This document shows positions 48,692 through 58,127 of a stretch of 64,000 nt of DNA, in pieces (the first letter of the stretch is position 1; every line of letters begins with the position of its first letter). The stretch lies in assembly GCA_046482545.1 (NCBI GenBank), contig JAWOEX010000032.1:160001-224000 (forward strand). Reading direction: 5' to 3'. The position numbers and the translations under genes are program-made. This stretch comes from Candidatus Thorarchaeota archaeon (GTDB lineage Archaea; Asgardarchaeota; Thorarchaeia; Thorarchaeales; Thorarchaeaceae). A model generated the notes under the pieces. The model had not been told where the DNA came from and did not search any database. It worked only from the letters and a program-made list of their open reading frames with translations.

Positions 48692-49537
48692 CTATTGCAG
48701 TTCTATTGCAACTGGTCGTCGTCTACGGAAGATGCTTACCGTTTCATATCCGCTCTCTCTAAGTATTTTCAATGCTTTGTGAATCTCGTAGCCAACGTGT
48801 TGTGGTAAATGAGCATCTGAGCCAACTATTACGATTTCCACTCCCTCATCGTGTAGGCATTGTATGAACTCTTTCGTGGGCATAGTATCGTCAAGACCCG
48901 TCCTAAATGAAGATGTGTTAATCTCAAAACCGACATTTGCTTTGTACATGGTACTGGCAATCTCAGAGACATACTGTTTCCACAGGGTGCGCACTTCTTC
49001 TCCGTAGAATCGTTCTCCATACCGCCGATAGATGTCGATATGAGCGATGGCATCGAAAAAGCCTGATCTGATGCAATCGACCAGTCTCCCGTAATATAGT
49101 TCACCCAGTTCATCGACCTTGTATTTGCTAAAGATTCCTGTAGCCTCATCTTCAAGGGATAATGCTTTGTGTTCTAACAGATGAGTTGCGCCTAAGACAT
49201 AATCCCAGTCAAACGTGTGAAAATCCTGAGGCAGATTGCTTTCAAACCCCGAATAGTAGTCTATCTCGACGCCTAGACGAACTTCCAATCCCTTTTCTTG
49301 GTAAATTTGAGCTGCTTCATTGATAGTCTCTACATATGATCCAAGCCAAGCGTTCTCCGTTGTTGATATCTCATCATTGCCAACTCTTACAACTCCATCG
49401 TTTCTGAATGGATCTGTATCAACATGAGTCGTAAAGCATATGTGGTGAAGTCCTTTTCCCACCGCAGCATCACAGAATTCATCAACGGAACCTTTTGCAT
49501 CAATGGAAAAGTTCGGGTGGATATGATAATCGAGCAT
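48692..49537 (-). CDS. PHP-family histidinol-phosphatase (HisJ-like)
   Basis: DYHIH, FTTH, GVEIDY, AHID, EINTS, GSDAH. Confidence 0.9.
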   Translation of the reverse strand: MLDYHIHPNFSIDAKGSVDEFCDAAVGKGLHHICFTTHVDTDPFRNDGVVRVGNDEISTTENAWLGSYVETINEAAQIYQEKGLEVRLGVEIDYYSGFESNLPQDFHTFDWDYVLGATHLLEHKALSLEDEATGIFSKYKVDELGELYYGRLVDCIRSGFFDAIAHIDIYRRYGERFYGEEVRTLWKQYVSEIASTMYKANVGFEINTSSFRTGLDDTMPTKEFIQCLHDEGVEIVIVGSDAHLPQHVGYEIHKALKILRESGYETVSIFRRRRPVAIELQ

Positions 49538-49539
49538 AT

Positions 49540-49774
49540 ATAACCTGTTTCTCGCTGTTGAGTGAACCTAGCTGAATAAAACTTCTGTGTTCCACCCTTC
49601 CTCAGCCAGTGTCGCCGCCCCCAAGGTACCCGTACCCCTTCGAGCTAGCACTGGCTTTGCCCATATTTACTGGAATTGGATTCCTCCTGCGGTCCTGGCT
49701 TCTGTTTCCTGTCGTTATCCTGCGTCATCACTCCCGGCGACAGTGAGTTCTTCCACGGAGGGAGCATGATTACC
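49540..49774 (-). repeat. Inverted, 5'-truncated, more diverged copy (copy 3) of the non-coding element
   Basis: Reverse complement aligns to ~44287-44529 including GGAAGGGTGGAACACAGAAGT and AGAAACAGGTTAT. Confidence 0.9.
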
Positions 49775-49787
49775 CATTTCAGCCCTG

Positions 49788-50729
49788 CTACCGTTGCAAT
49801 CGCTTGAATACTTCATTGGCTATGAATACCTCTGTTCCAGCCAATCCTACCGAACAGAAGAGTGTAATATCTTGGTCGGATTCACGTCCCGGTATTTTGC
49901 CTGTTACAATGTTGCAAAGTTTCAGGATTCTTTTTCGGTGTTCAGTATTAGATAGGAAGTACGGCCTTGTATAGTTACCATAGCTATCCATTTGGGCTAT
50001 CGAATCAGTAACAATGACTTGGCTCTTATTGGCGACTCCAACCTCTATCTCATTCGTGCCAGCCAAGTTCGGACCGAGTGTTGTCACGTGCATTCCTGGT
50101 TCTAGTAACTCAGAATCGTATACTGGCGTCTTGCTGCGGGTAGCTGAAATTACTATATCTGCACCAGTAATTGCGTCATCAGGAGATTCTACCGGTTTTA
50201 CTGTTAGATTCAATTTCTGACTCATCTCCTCAGCGAAAGCTTCTCTGTGAGCCTCGGTTGGGCTGTAAACACGAACTTCCTTGAGATTTCGAACGATGTT
50301 GGTAGCTTCGAGTTGCGATCTTGCCTGGGTCCCTGAACCAATCATGGCGAGAGTATCTGAGTCTGGTCTGGATAGATACTTAATCGCAACGCCACCAATC
50401 CCTCCAGTGCGAATCACTCCCACTCTAGTACCACAAATAACTCCTTTTAGTACTCCACTGTCCCCATCATAACAAACTACCAGCTGAGTATGCCCGGGTT
50501 CATCTTTGGGAAAGGTTTCGTATATCCGAAACCCGGCTGCCTTTTCTCTCCCTGTTGAGGCTCCTACAGTAAATACAAGGGAACCTTTACCCGCTTCAAC
50601 CGTGAAACGTGGTGGTGCATTGAGAGTTCCCTTGCCATGTTCGGTCATTGCGTCTTCCATCTTGGTGACTGCATCTTGCATATCGAGAACTTTGTCAACC
50701 TGTTCGTCGTCAATAACTGGGAATTTCAT
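49788..50729 (-). CDS. Ornithine cyclodeaminase/mu-crystallin family protein
   Basis: RTGGIGG, GSGTQA, GRESDQDITLFCSVGLAG. Confidence 0.9.
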   Translation of the reverse strand: MKFPVIDDEQVDKVLDMQDAVTKMEDAMTEHGKGTLNAPPRFTVEAGKGSLVFTVGASTGREKAAGFRIYETFPKDEPGHTQLVVCYDGDSGVLKGVICGTRVGVIRTGGIGGVAIKYLSRPDSDTLAMIGSGTQARSQLEATNIVRNLKEVRVYSPTEAHREAFAEEMSQKLNLTVKPVESPDDAITGADIVISATRSKTPVYDSELLEPGMHVTTLGPNLAGTNEIEVGVANKSQVIVTDSIAQMDSYGNYTRPYFLSNTEHRKRILKLCNIVTGKIPGRESDQDITLFCSVGLAGTEVFIANEVFKRLQR

Positions 50730-50921
50730 AGAAATAAATTGGAGTTTTATATGTTATAATTATAGTGGGTAAAAATATTCTATATAGCTCCCAAAAATCA
50801 AAATCATCTCTCCTTTATAATGGCAACTTTCATTGTGAACTGCTCGCCAAAGTTAATTATCTACAATGCATCTTAATATGAGATTACTCAGAGTGGTTCT
50901 AGGTCAATTCAGGAGTAATCA

Positions 50922-51203
50922 AAATCTTACAGAATCCTAAAAAAATCAGAGTAGAAAAGTGTAAAATATTTGTAAGATTTCCCGTAAGGTTTCTTATCAC
51001 CCACACGGGGGAGTTTATGAGGCCCAGTACAGGACCACGGTTCAGTAGGACTAGGCAAGTGGGCTAGTATTATACACGACGGGCGCGGCCGAAGCCCCTG
51101 CTGACTCAAGGGCCTACGGGTACCTTGGGAGGCGACGCTGGCAGAGGAAGGGTGGAACACAGAAGTTTCACGCAGTTGCTACAACTGTAAGAAACGGGTT
51201 ATC
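50922..51203 (+). mobile_element. Internally deleted copy (copy 4) of the non-coding element, both ends retained
   Basis: Left part aligns to 43972-44117, right part to ~44406-44530; last 58 nt differ from copy 2 at one position. Confidence 0.7.
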
Positions 51204-52389
51204 TGGAATCAGTGAGAAGGAATGCTACAAGCGAAGCAAGAGATATTGTTATCGTGAGGAACCAAATAGCCATTGAGAGTCCCCATATATCTCCTATGAA
51301 TCCGAAAATCGTGGGTGAAATCGCACCAGGAATAGATCCAACAGAAAACAGGAGTCCAAACGCAATACCCGATTGCTCTTTTGGGCTCATTTCGGTAAGA
51401 TATGCTGTTGCTGTTGGCTCTCCTAAGAAGAAGAAAAAGCCTAACACTATCAGAATAATAATCAACGATAACCGGCCGACTGTAAAGCTGAGCAGAGCAA
51501 TCGCAAACGCTGAAACGACTGTAGAAATCACCATGAAATCTGTACGGCGACCTGTTCTATCCGAGAGTGGTCCCGCAACAAGTTCTCCAGCGACACCTGA
51601 GATGAGCATTAGGCTTGTTAATGCGCCGGCTAGTACGGGTTCATATGCATGGCTATCCACCAGATACAGTGGCATCATCAGAGTTATGGATCTGAATGAC
51701 ATCCCCTTGAGACCCATATACACAATACCCAAGACGAAGTTTCTTTTCCATTGTGTAGATTCAGTCCTTTCACGACTTGTTTTCTCTGTTGCAACAGGAC
51801 ATCTAGTAGAGTATCTTATCAGCATCGCTACTGGAAAAAATGAAACTATTCCTATTAGACCAAGTAAAACAAGGGATTGGCGCCACCCGCCAAAAACTAG
51901 AAGCAATATGACACCAAGCATCGGCACCAATGCCATTCCTAATAATCCACCAACTGCCTGGATGCTAGTAGACTTAGCCCTGCTGCTTAGAGGGAATCTC
52001 TCAGCTAGTGTGGGAAACGCACTAGGGTGGTACCCCGATGCTGCAACACCAAGCAAAGCTTGCGAAATAATCAGAAGCCAGAAACCCTCAGAGCAGCTGA
52101 CCAGCAAGATACCAAAGGCCATAGAAATAACAGTTGTAGGTATGAATATCTCCCGCCATCCTTTGTCTCCAAGATATCCTACTCCCATATGAGACAGGTT
52201 CATCGTCAAAATCAAAGCTGATGTTACCATTCCCGTCTGAGTAAGAGTTAGAGATAGTTCTTGCCTTATCAGGGGAAGAAATGGTGAAAGCACGCCTGTA
52301 TAAACATGGTTAAAAAAATGGGCTATTATACAGGCAATTAGGACAGCATACGACGCTTTGGTGGCCTTATCTAATTTCACCACTTCCAC
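51199..52389 (-). CDS. MFS transporter
   Basis: 12-TM pattern, GYLGDK and GPLSDRTGRR motifs. Confidence 0.92.
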   Translation of the reverse strand: MEVVKLDKATKASYAVLIACIIAHFFNHVYTGVLSPFLPLIRQELSLTLTQTGMVTSALILTMNLSHMGVGYLGDKGWREIFIPTTVISMAFGILLVSCSEGFWLLIISQALLGVAASGYHPSAFPTLAERFPLSSRAKSTSIQAVGGLLGMALVPMLGVILLLVFGGWRQSLVLLGLIGIVSFFPVAMLIRYSTRCPVATEKTSRERTESTQWKRNFVLGIVYMGLKGMSFRSITLMMPLYLVDSHAYEPVLAGALTSLMLISGVAGELVAGPLSDRTGRRTDFMVISTVVSAFAIALLSFTVGRLSLIIILIVLGFFFFLGEPTATAYLTEMSPKEQSGIAFGLLFSVGSIPGAISPTIFGFIGDIWGLSMAIWFLTITISLASLVAFLLTDSR

Positions 52390-52612
52390 TTAGAATATTT
52401 TATCTCTGTCCCATATGCTACCGAAATAAACATACTGCTATCCTAGATTGGAGATGCCAATATGATGTATAGTCACCTTTAAATTTTGGTCGAATATTAA
52501 ATAATATCGGGCACAACATAAAATTGAGTGCGGTTTATTTTAATATTAAGATAATCGCTGTTCCCTCAGAGTCTTCACTTTCAGGGGTCCGCAGAATGCC
52601 CGAAAATGAACC

Positions 52613-53818
52613 TTGGTGAGACATATGAAAGACAAGGGTTACCCTAGAGAATTTTATTACTTAGTGGCCTCTTCTTTCATGATATATCTTGCTTTGGAGA
52701 GCACACGCCCTATTCTGCCTCTTCATATCACTGAAAAGGGAGCATCAGCCTTTGAACTAGGTATCGTAATCGGAATCTTCTCAATTTGCACTATGATTGC
52801 GAAAATGCCGCTCGGTAAGGTTACCGAACTTATGAAGCGCAAATATGTGTTGATTTTTGCTGCTGTGGGTCAAAGCACTAGCCAGCTTCTATATTCTATC
52901 GCTCCATCTCCTGAGTGGTTCTATCCAATACGAATTCTACATGCGGTGACCATGGCCCCCCTATTTCCTGTTGCATTTACAATCTCACAAGAAATGGCTC
53001 CAAGCAATAGGAGTGGTGATGCCACTGGAAAAATCACAGCGGCATATGGATTAGGAACTATGGTTGGTCCTTTTCTTTGCAGCTTTCTGCTGTCATTTAT
53101 GGACTATGACCAGCTTTTCCAAGCGGTTGCTATTTTTCCTATATTGGGGTTGTTTCTTCTTTTTGGCAGGGGGGAAGAGAAACAGGTGGCTAGGACCTCT
53201 GGTATTACAGAAGGCTCAAGCGACTCATTTTTGAATCATCTTCGACAATCAAGAAATCTGAAGGTTCTAGCGTATCTACGTTTTTCACATTCATTGGCCT
53301 ACGCTTTCTTTCTTACTTTCTTTGTAATCTACGCTGAAAATACACTAGCTATTGCACCTGCTTTAATTGCATTTCTTTTCGGAGTAAAAGGAACTGCTGA
53401 CCTTATGTTACGAATTCCTGCTGGGAAGATGGGGGATCGTTGGAACTACAAATGGATGCTGGCTACCGCTTTCGCCGCGCTTTCCTTGTTCTATCTACTG
53501 ATTTCAGAAGCAGAGAAGATTCCTTTGCTGATAGGTCTTATGGTTCTTCTTGGACTTGCTATTAGCTTGAGGGTCGTGTCAGAATATGTCGTGCTTTCCG
53601 AGTCTTCTTCTCCTAAGACACGTAACATGGCAGCTTCTTATCTTTCTACGGTATTCTATGTGGGTTCAAGCTGTGGGGCAATTCTGGCAGGTGTACTGGC
53701 AAGTTATCTACCTATTCCAATTATCTTCAAGGGTGCGTCTGTGCTTCTTGCAACAGGATTGATTGGTGTTGTGTTTCTTAAGCGACCTGACAAGTCTTGG
53801 AATGCAGACAACTCGTGA
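52613..53818 (+). CDS. MFS transporter
   Basis: 12-TM pattern, GKMGDRW motif. Confidence 0.9.
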   Translation: MVRHMKDKGYPREFYYLVASSFMIYLALESTRPILPLHITEKGASAFELGIVIGIFSICTMIAKMPLGKVTELMKRKYVLIFAAVGQSTSQLLYSIAPSPEWFYPIRILHAVTMAPLFPVAFTISQEMAPSNRSGDATGKITAAYGLGTMVGPFLCSFLLSFMDYDQLFQAVAIFPILGLFLLFGRGEEKQVARTSGITEGSSDSFLNHLRQSRNLKVLAYLRFSHSLAYAFFLTFFVIYAENTLAIAPALIAFLFGVKGTADLMLRIPAGKMGDRWNYKWMLATAFAALSLFYLLISEAEKIPLLIGLMVLLGLAISLRVVSEYVVLSESSSPKTRNMAASYLSTVFYVGSSCGAILAGVLASYLPIPIIFKGASVLLATGLIGVVFLKRPDKSWNADNS

Positions 53819-53927
53819 TGCTTATATTATGATTTCAGATATTATTTGGGTTAATATAATAAAAAAATCCAGAAAAAGAGAAAGAAAGAAATAATCCCAT
53901 TAGCACTAAAGTGATGGGTGCCTAAAT

Positions 53928-55349
53928 TTGAATATTCTTGATGAAGTCTATTCCTATATTGATGATAATATTGGTCAGCATATGGATAGGCTCAGCAATT
54001 TTGTGAAGAAACCTGCAGTCTCAGTAGAGCAATATGGAACCAAGGAATGTGCAGAATCGATACGTGACTGGATGAGAAAGCTAGATTTTGAAAATGTAAC
54101 TCTATTCGAGGGGAATGGAAATCCTACTGTTTTTGGAAAATACAGGGAAACCTCCTCTGATAAGAAAACACTATTGCTTTTTGGTAGCTATGATTCAAAT
54201 CCCGTTGAAGAAGATCAGTGGTCATTTCCGCCGTATGAAGGACAAATCGTGGAAAAGGAAACGTTGGGGAAATGCATGGTTGGCAGGGGGGTGAACAATA
54301 AGATGAAGTTCACCGCCATGCTCAACGCTATAGAAGCTCTTACAGAAGTTACCGACGCACTTCCTGTTAACCTCCTCATGGTTCTCGATGGGGAGGAAGA
54401 AATGTTTAGTCCCTCATTGCCATCATTCGTTTCAACTTATCAAGACGAATTAATGAAAGCAGATGCCCTGTATATGCCATTTGGTTCTCAGAATTCTCGT
54501 GGAGTTGCAAGAGTGCAACTAGGGTACAAGGGCATTGCATATATTGAATTAGAATCTTCCGGAGGAAGTTGGGGAAGGGGACCTAGTAATTTTGAGATTC
54601 ACAGCATGCATCGACCGGTCGTTGATAATCCAGCAATACGCCTTGTCAAAGCCCTATCAACTATGATATCTGATGATGGTAATGAAGTACTGATTGATGG
54701 ATTCGATGAGGACATAAAAGAATTGGATGAACCATTTTTAGATCTGGTTGACAAACTGGCGCAGGATTTCAACGTGGAAGGATACAAGGAAGGATTAGGG
54801 GTACAAAATCTTATCGGAAAAGATGAGAAACCTCGTGATGTGTTGGAACGACTCTTTTCTACTGCCCAAATAAATATAGACGGTATATGGGGAGGGTACA
54901 CCGGTCCGGGAGCTGAGGCAGTAATACCTCCTAAGGCTCATGCTAAACTGGAGGTTCGACTTATTCCGAATCAACAGTCTGACAAGGTTATACAATGTAT
55001 GGAGGATCATTTGACGCATCATGGATATTCTGATATCACTATCGAGAAGTTGGCAGGGGTAGAATATTGTCTTAGCAGCATTGAGGAAAGAATAGCTCAG
55101 TCACTCATTAACGCCTATCGAGACATTGGAGCTGAAGCACAAATCTGGCCTAGCTCAATAGCGACCATACCAATCTATCTATTCAATAGAGAACCTCTAG
55201 GCATACCATTTGCTACTGGATGTGTTGGATATGGCGGTCACAGTCATGGTCCTGACGAGTATGCAGTCATTGAAGGAAAAGGAAAAATCGAAGGCCTAGC
55301 TGGATATGAGAAGCTAATTTCTTCCGTAATACTCGAATATGCAAGGTAA
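53928..55349 (+). CDS. M20/M25/M40 metallo-hydrolase with atypical metal ligands
   Basis: GNPTVFG, DGEEE, LGYKG, HGPDE; GSYD and GRGVNNK instead of GHYD and GRGxxDDK. Confidence 0.88.
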   Translation: MNILDEVYSYIDDNIGQHMDRLSNFVKKPAVSVEQYGTKECAESIRDWMRKLDFENVTLFEGNGNPTVFGKYRETSSDKKTLLLFGSYDSNPVEEDQWSFPPYEGQIVEKETLGKCMVGRGVNNKMKFTAMLNAIEALTEVTDALPVNLLMVLDGEEEMFSPSLPSFVSTYQDELMKADALYMPFGSQNSRGVARVQLGYKGIAYIELESSGGSWGRGPSNFEIHSMHRPVVDNPAIRLVKALSTMISDDGNEVLIDGFDEDIKELDEPFLDLVDKLAQDFNVEGYKEGLGVQNLIGKDEKPRDVLERLFSTAQINIDGIWGGYTGPGAEAVIPPKAHAKLEVRLIPNQQSDKVIQCMEDHLTHHGYSDITIEKLAGVEYCLSSIEERIAQSLINAYRDIGAEAQIWPSSIATIPIYLFNREPLGIPFATGCVGYGGHSHGPDEYAVIEGKGKIEGLAGYEKLISSVILEYAR

Positions 55350-55373
55350 TGGTGAGACTCGAAATCTATTCTC

Positions 55374-55404
55374 AAAAAAAAAAAAGGAGGAAAAAGGGAG
55401 AAAA
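55374..55404 (-). terminator. Oligo-T terminator of the minus-strand operon
   Basis: A12 plus further A-tracts on + strand directly after the cupin stop codon, between convergent genes. Confidence 0.6.
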
Positions 55405-55405
55405 T

Positions 55406-55807
55406 CTAGGGATATTCTCCCTTCTTCAGTAGGGTGACTAGCCTTCCTGAACCACTCACAACTCTTTGGGAGTGAGGAACGCCTTTCGGTACGAAGACAG
55501 TTACAGGCGACTCCACGCTGTAAGTTTCGTCCTCGAACACGAATTCTATTGATAGCGGATCAGTGCCCTTGGGTCCGCTCAGGAACACAAAGACCTGATC
55601 GACATCATGAGTATGCAACTCGACATAAGAATCGGCGTTCTCCGGTACATTGCTTATACGCCGAGTCGTAATCCTCAAATCTGCCCCAGAAAAGTGCTTG
55701 TTGTCCAATAGGACGTAGGACAGACCTGTCTTCTCCATCTCCTCCTTGTCATGGTGTGCGATATCCTCACTCGGTCTTGGTTTAAGGAAATTGTCTTCAT
55801 ATTTCAT
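55406..55807 (-). CDS. Cupin-domain protein
   Basis: LHTHDVDQ and VFVPKGVPH motifs. Confidence 0.85.
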   Translation of the reverse strand: MKYEDNFLKPRPSEDIAHHDKEEMEKTGLSYVLLDNKHFSGADLRITTRRISNVPENADSYVELHTHDVDQVFVFLSGPKGTDPLSIEFVFEDETYSVESPVTVFVPKGVPHSQRVVSGSGRLVTLLKKGEYP

Positions 55808-55821
55808 TCAATCACCGTCGG

Positions 55822-57021
55822 TTACAAGGTCAAGTCACGATGGAGGTTTGGAGTAAACACTTCATGACCATCTGAAGTAACTCTGACAACATCTTCTACA
55901 TTGAATCCCCCTACGCCAACCCAGTAGTATGGCACTTCAATACTAAGCACCATATCCTCTTTGATGACGGAGTCATTATCAGCAGCGACCAGGGGTTCCT
56001 CTTCCGTGATTAGACCGAGTCCATGTCCAAAATGCCCTCTCAGAAAGTCAGGATCTCCCATTTCTCTCACGGTACTCAGGCCAGTTTCATACAACCTAGA
56101 GAATTTGACTCCTGGTTCAATCATGTCCACTATTCTGCTTTGGGCTTCCCTAAGCGCTGCATATACCTTCTTGGCTTTATCAGATGGTTTGCCAAGGACG
56201 CGTGTCCGTGCAAAATCACAACGGTAACCTTTGTAGATGGCACCCCCATCAAATCTCATGATACCTCCTTCTTTCAGCTTGTGTTCGAGTGGCCATCCTC
56301 TACGTACTGTAGCTGAATGCTTGCCAATGGTGAGATTCTGATGAATCAATCCTTTGTCAATGTAACCTCCCTCGTCCAGGATAGCACGTTGAAATGCTCC
56401 CAAGAAATCAGCTTCAGTGGCTCCTTCCTTAGCTACTGAGAAAGCTGCGTCAAATCCTTTCTCTGAGATTTCACAAGCCCGTCTTATCCGGTCGATTTCC
56501 TCTTGTACCTTTATCGCCCTGATGTCAAGAAATGTTTTTGATGAGTCTACGAGCTCTACATCAGGCAGCTTGGTAGTGATTTCTTTGTAGTCTTTTATCG
56601 GTAAGACTTTCTCTTCAATACCTATAGTTGCCTTCTCCAAACCCTTCTCTTCGACGATTGAAGCGAGAGCTGAAACAGGGTTCTCATAGACATCAATATC
56701 GTCATGATTATCACGCCGGAAATAGGCCCAAGTTCTGGTATACCTCTGATCTTCTATTGTAGAGACCTTTTTGGCTAAATCGGCATCCAACACGGTTGTA
56801 GAAAGGGTTGGCTCCCCATCAAGAGGCACTAATGCAAATGACCCAAAACCACTGCTGAATCCACGGAATCGGTCAACAAATGGAATATACAGGTCGCTTG
56901 CGTAGAAGAAATTCTCTGGTGAGGAAGCAAGTAGTGCATCAAGTCCTCTTTCTTCCATTATTTCTTTCGCTCTTTTGAAATTCATTGGCATATTTCTTTT
57001 CTCCTTTAGTCTATTTTCCAT
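55822..57021 (-). CDS. M24 Xaa-Pro peptidase/creatinase-like hydrolase
   Basis: Creatinase_N region, RAIK..EEI, D..GY..D..RT, GHGLGL, E, ED. Confidence 0.9.
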   Translation of the reverse strand: MENRLKEKRNMPMNFKRAKEIMEERGLDALLASSPENFFYASDLYIPFVDRFRGFSSGFGSFALVPLDGEPTLSTTVLDADLAKKVSTIEDQRYTRTWAYFRRDNHDDIDVYENPVSALASIVEEKGLEKATIGIEEKVLPIKDYKEITTKLPDVELVDSSKTFLDIRAIKVQEEIDRIRRACEISEKGFDAAFSVAKEGATEADFLGAFQRAILDEGGYIDKGLIHQNLTIGKHSATVRRGWPLEHKLKEGGIMRFDGGAIYKGYRCDFARTRVLGKPSDKAKKVYAALREAQSRIVDMIEPGVKFSRLYETGLSTVREMGDPDFLRGHFGHGLGLITEEEPLVAADNDSVIKEDMVLSIEVPYYWVGVGGFNVEDVVRVTSDGHEVFTPNLHRDLTL

Positions 57022-57028
57022 TTACTAA

Positions 57029-58102
57029 CTAAACTACATAATGATCATTTGGGTACTCGTCCAAGTATCTACTTCTTCTATCAACTATGACTGTAGCTAC
57101 ATTCTTTCCAGGACCCAACTCTTCGGCAATTTTCAGTGCCGCATAGACGTTTGCACCCGAGGACATACCGCAATAGATTCCCTCCTCTTGGCACAAGCGA
57201 TTTGCCATATTTCTCGCATCGTCATCGGTCACTTCAAACCACTTGTCGGGATAGCCCATTTTGTAGATCCTTTCGACTATCGAATCCTCCGTGTCCCATT
57301 TCTTGAGACCCAACAAGTCTACAATTTTCATCCTGATTGGAGGCCGCCCCATTTCTTCGACACTTGTGGCTATGTCTGCACTAATGTCTACCAAACTTGT
57401 TCCACCTGCTGGGACGACACCATAGGTATATGGCTCTACACCGTGTTCCTTGAGTGCCAGTGTTACCCCTAGAAACGTGGCTCCAGAACCAATAGAGGCT
57501 CCCCAAGCGTCGATGTTCCCATCAAGTTGGCTATACAGCTCATGTCCCATTTTTTCCTGACCATGGACATTAGCCATGTTATAGATTTGATCAACCCAGA
57601 CCACATCCTCGTTTTCTTGTTCCAGTTGATACATGTGGTTTTTTCCGCCTAGTATAACAGCATATCTCTTCTCTTTCTCTGTATCTAATTTGTCGAAGAC
57701 CTCGTCGCAGGGAAGGGGGCACTCGTAAACATCAGCCCCGTAAGCATCAACGATTTTCAATCTGACACTTTTACCCTTATCTTCAGAATGGAGAAAATGA
57801 GAATAGGAACAGAGTTTGATATTATATCCCTTCAAAGCAGAGACAAATGCCAAAGCAGGAGCTGTATTTCCCGCTGATGCATCACAAACTGTCCCTCCTT
57901 CTTTGAGCTGCTTTCCATTCCAAGTATCACCTCTCTCGGCAGCTTCTACCATGGAAAGCGCCATCCTGTCTTTGTAACTTCCGCTGGGATTTAGATGTTC
58001 TAATTTCACAAAGATATTAGCATCAACATCTTTCCCGACTCTGTTGAGTTTCAACAGAGGTGTGTCCCCGATTACCTCAAGCATGCTATTGGCATAATCC
58101 AT
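57029..58102 (-). CDS. Cysteine synthase/CBS-family PLP enzyme
   Basis: IGDTPL, KLEHLNPSGSYKDR, SAGNT, GSGAT, GMSSGAN. Confidence 0.9.
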   Translation of the reverse strand: MDYANSMLEVIGDTPLLKLNRVGKDVDANIFVKLEHLNPSGSYKDRMALSMVEAAERGDTWNGKQLKEGGTVCDASAGNTAPALAFVSALKGYNIKLCSYSHFLHSEDKGKSVRLKIVDAYGADVYECPLPCDEVFDKLDTEKEKRYAVILGGKNHMYQLEQENEDVVWVDQIYNMANVHGQEKMGHELYSQLDGNIDAWGASIGSGATFLGVTLALKEHGVEPYTYGVVPAGGTSLVDISADIATSVEEMGRPPIRMKIVDLLGLKKWDTEDSIVERIYKMGYPDKWFEVTDDDARNMANRLCQEEGIYCGMSSGANVYAALKIAEELGPGKNVATVIVDRRSRYLDEYPNDHYVV

Positions 58103-58127
58103 TTGACTTACCTCTCATCTAACTTTC

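Noticed and set aside
42879-51203. CRISPR array
   Set aside because: Repeats are long, kilobases apart and mixed in orientation; no cas genes
51212-52192. 326-aa + strand ORF and other long antisense ORFs (44768-45487, 58402-59040, 26258-26881)
   Set aside because: Antisense to well-supported genes with no recognisable motifs
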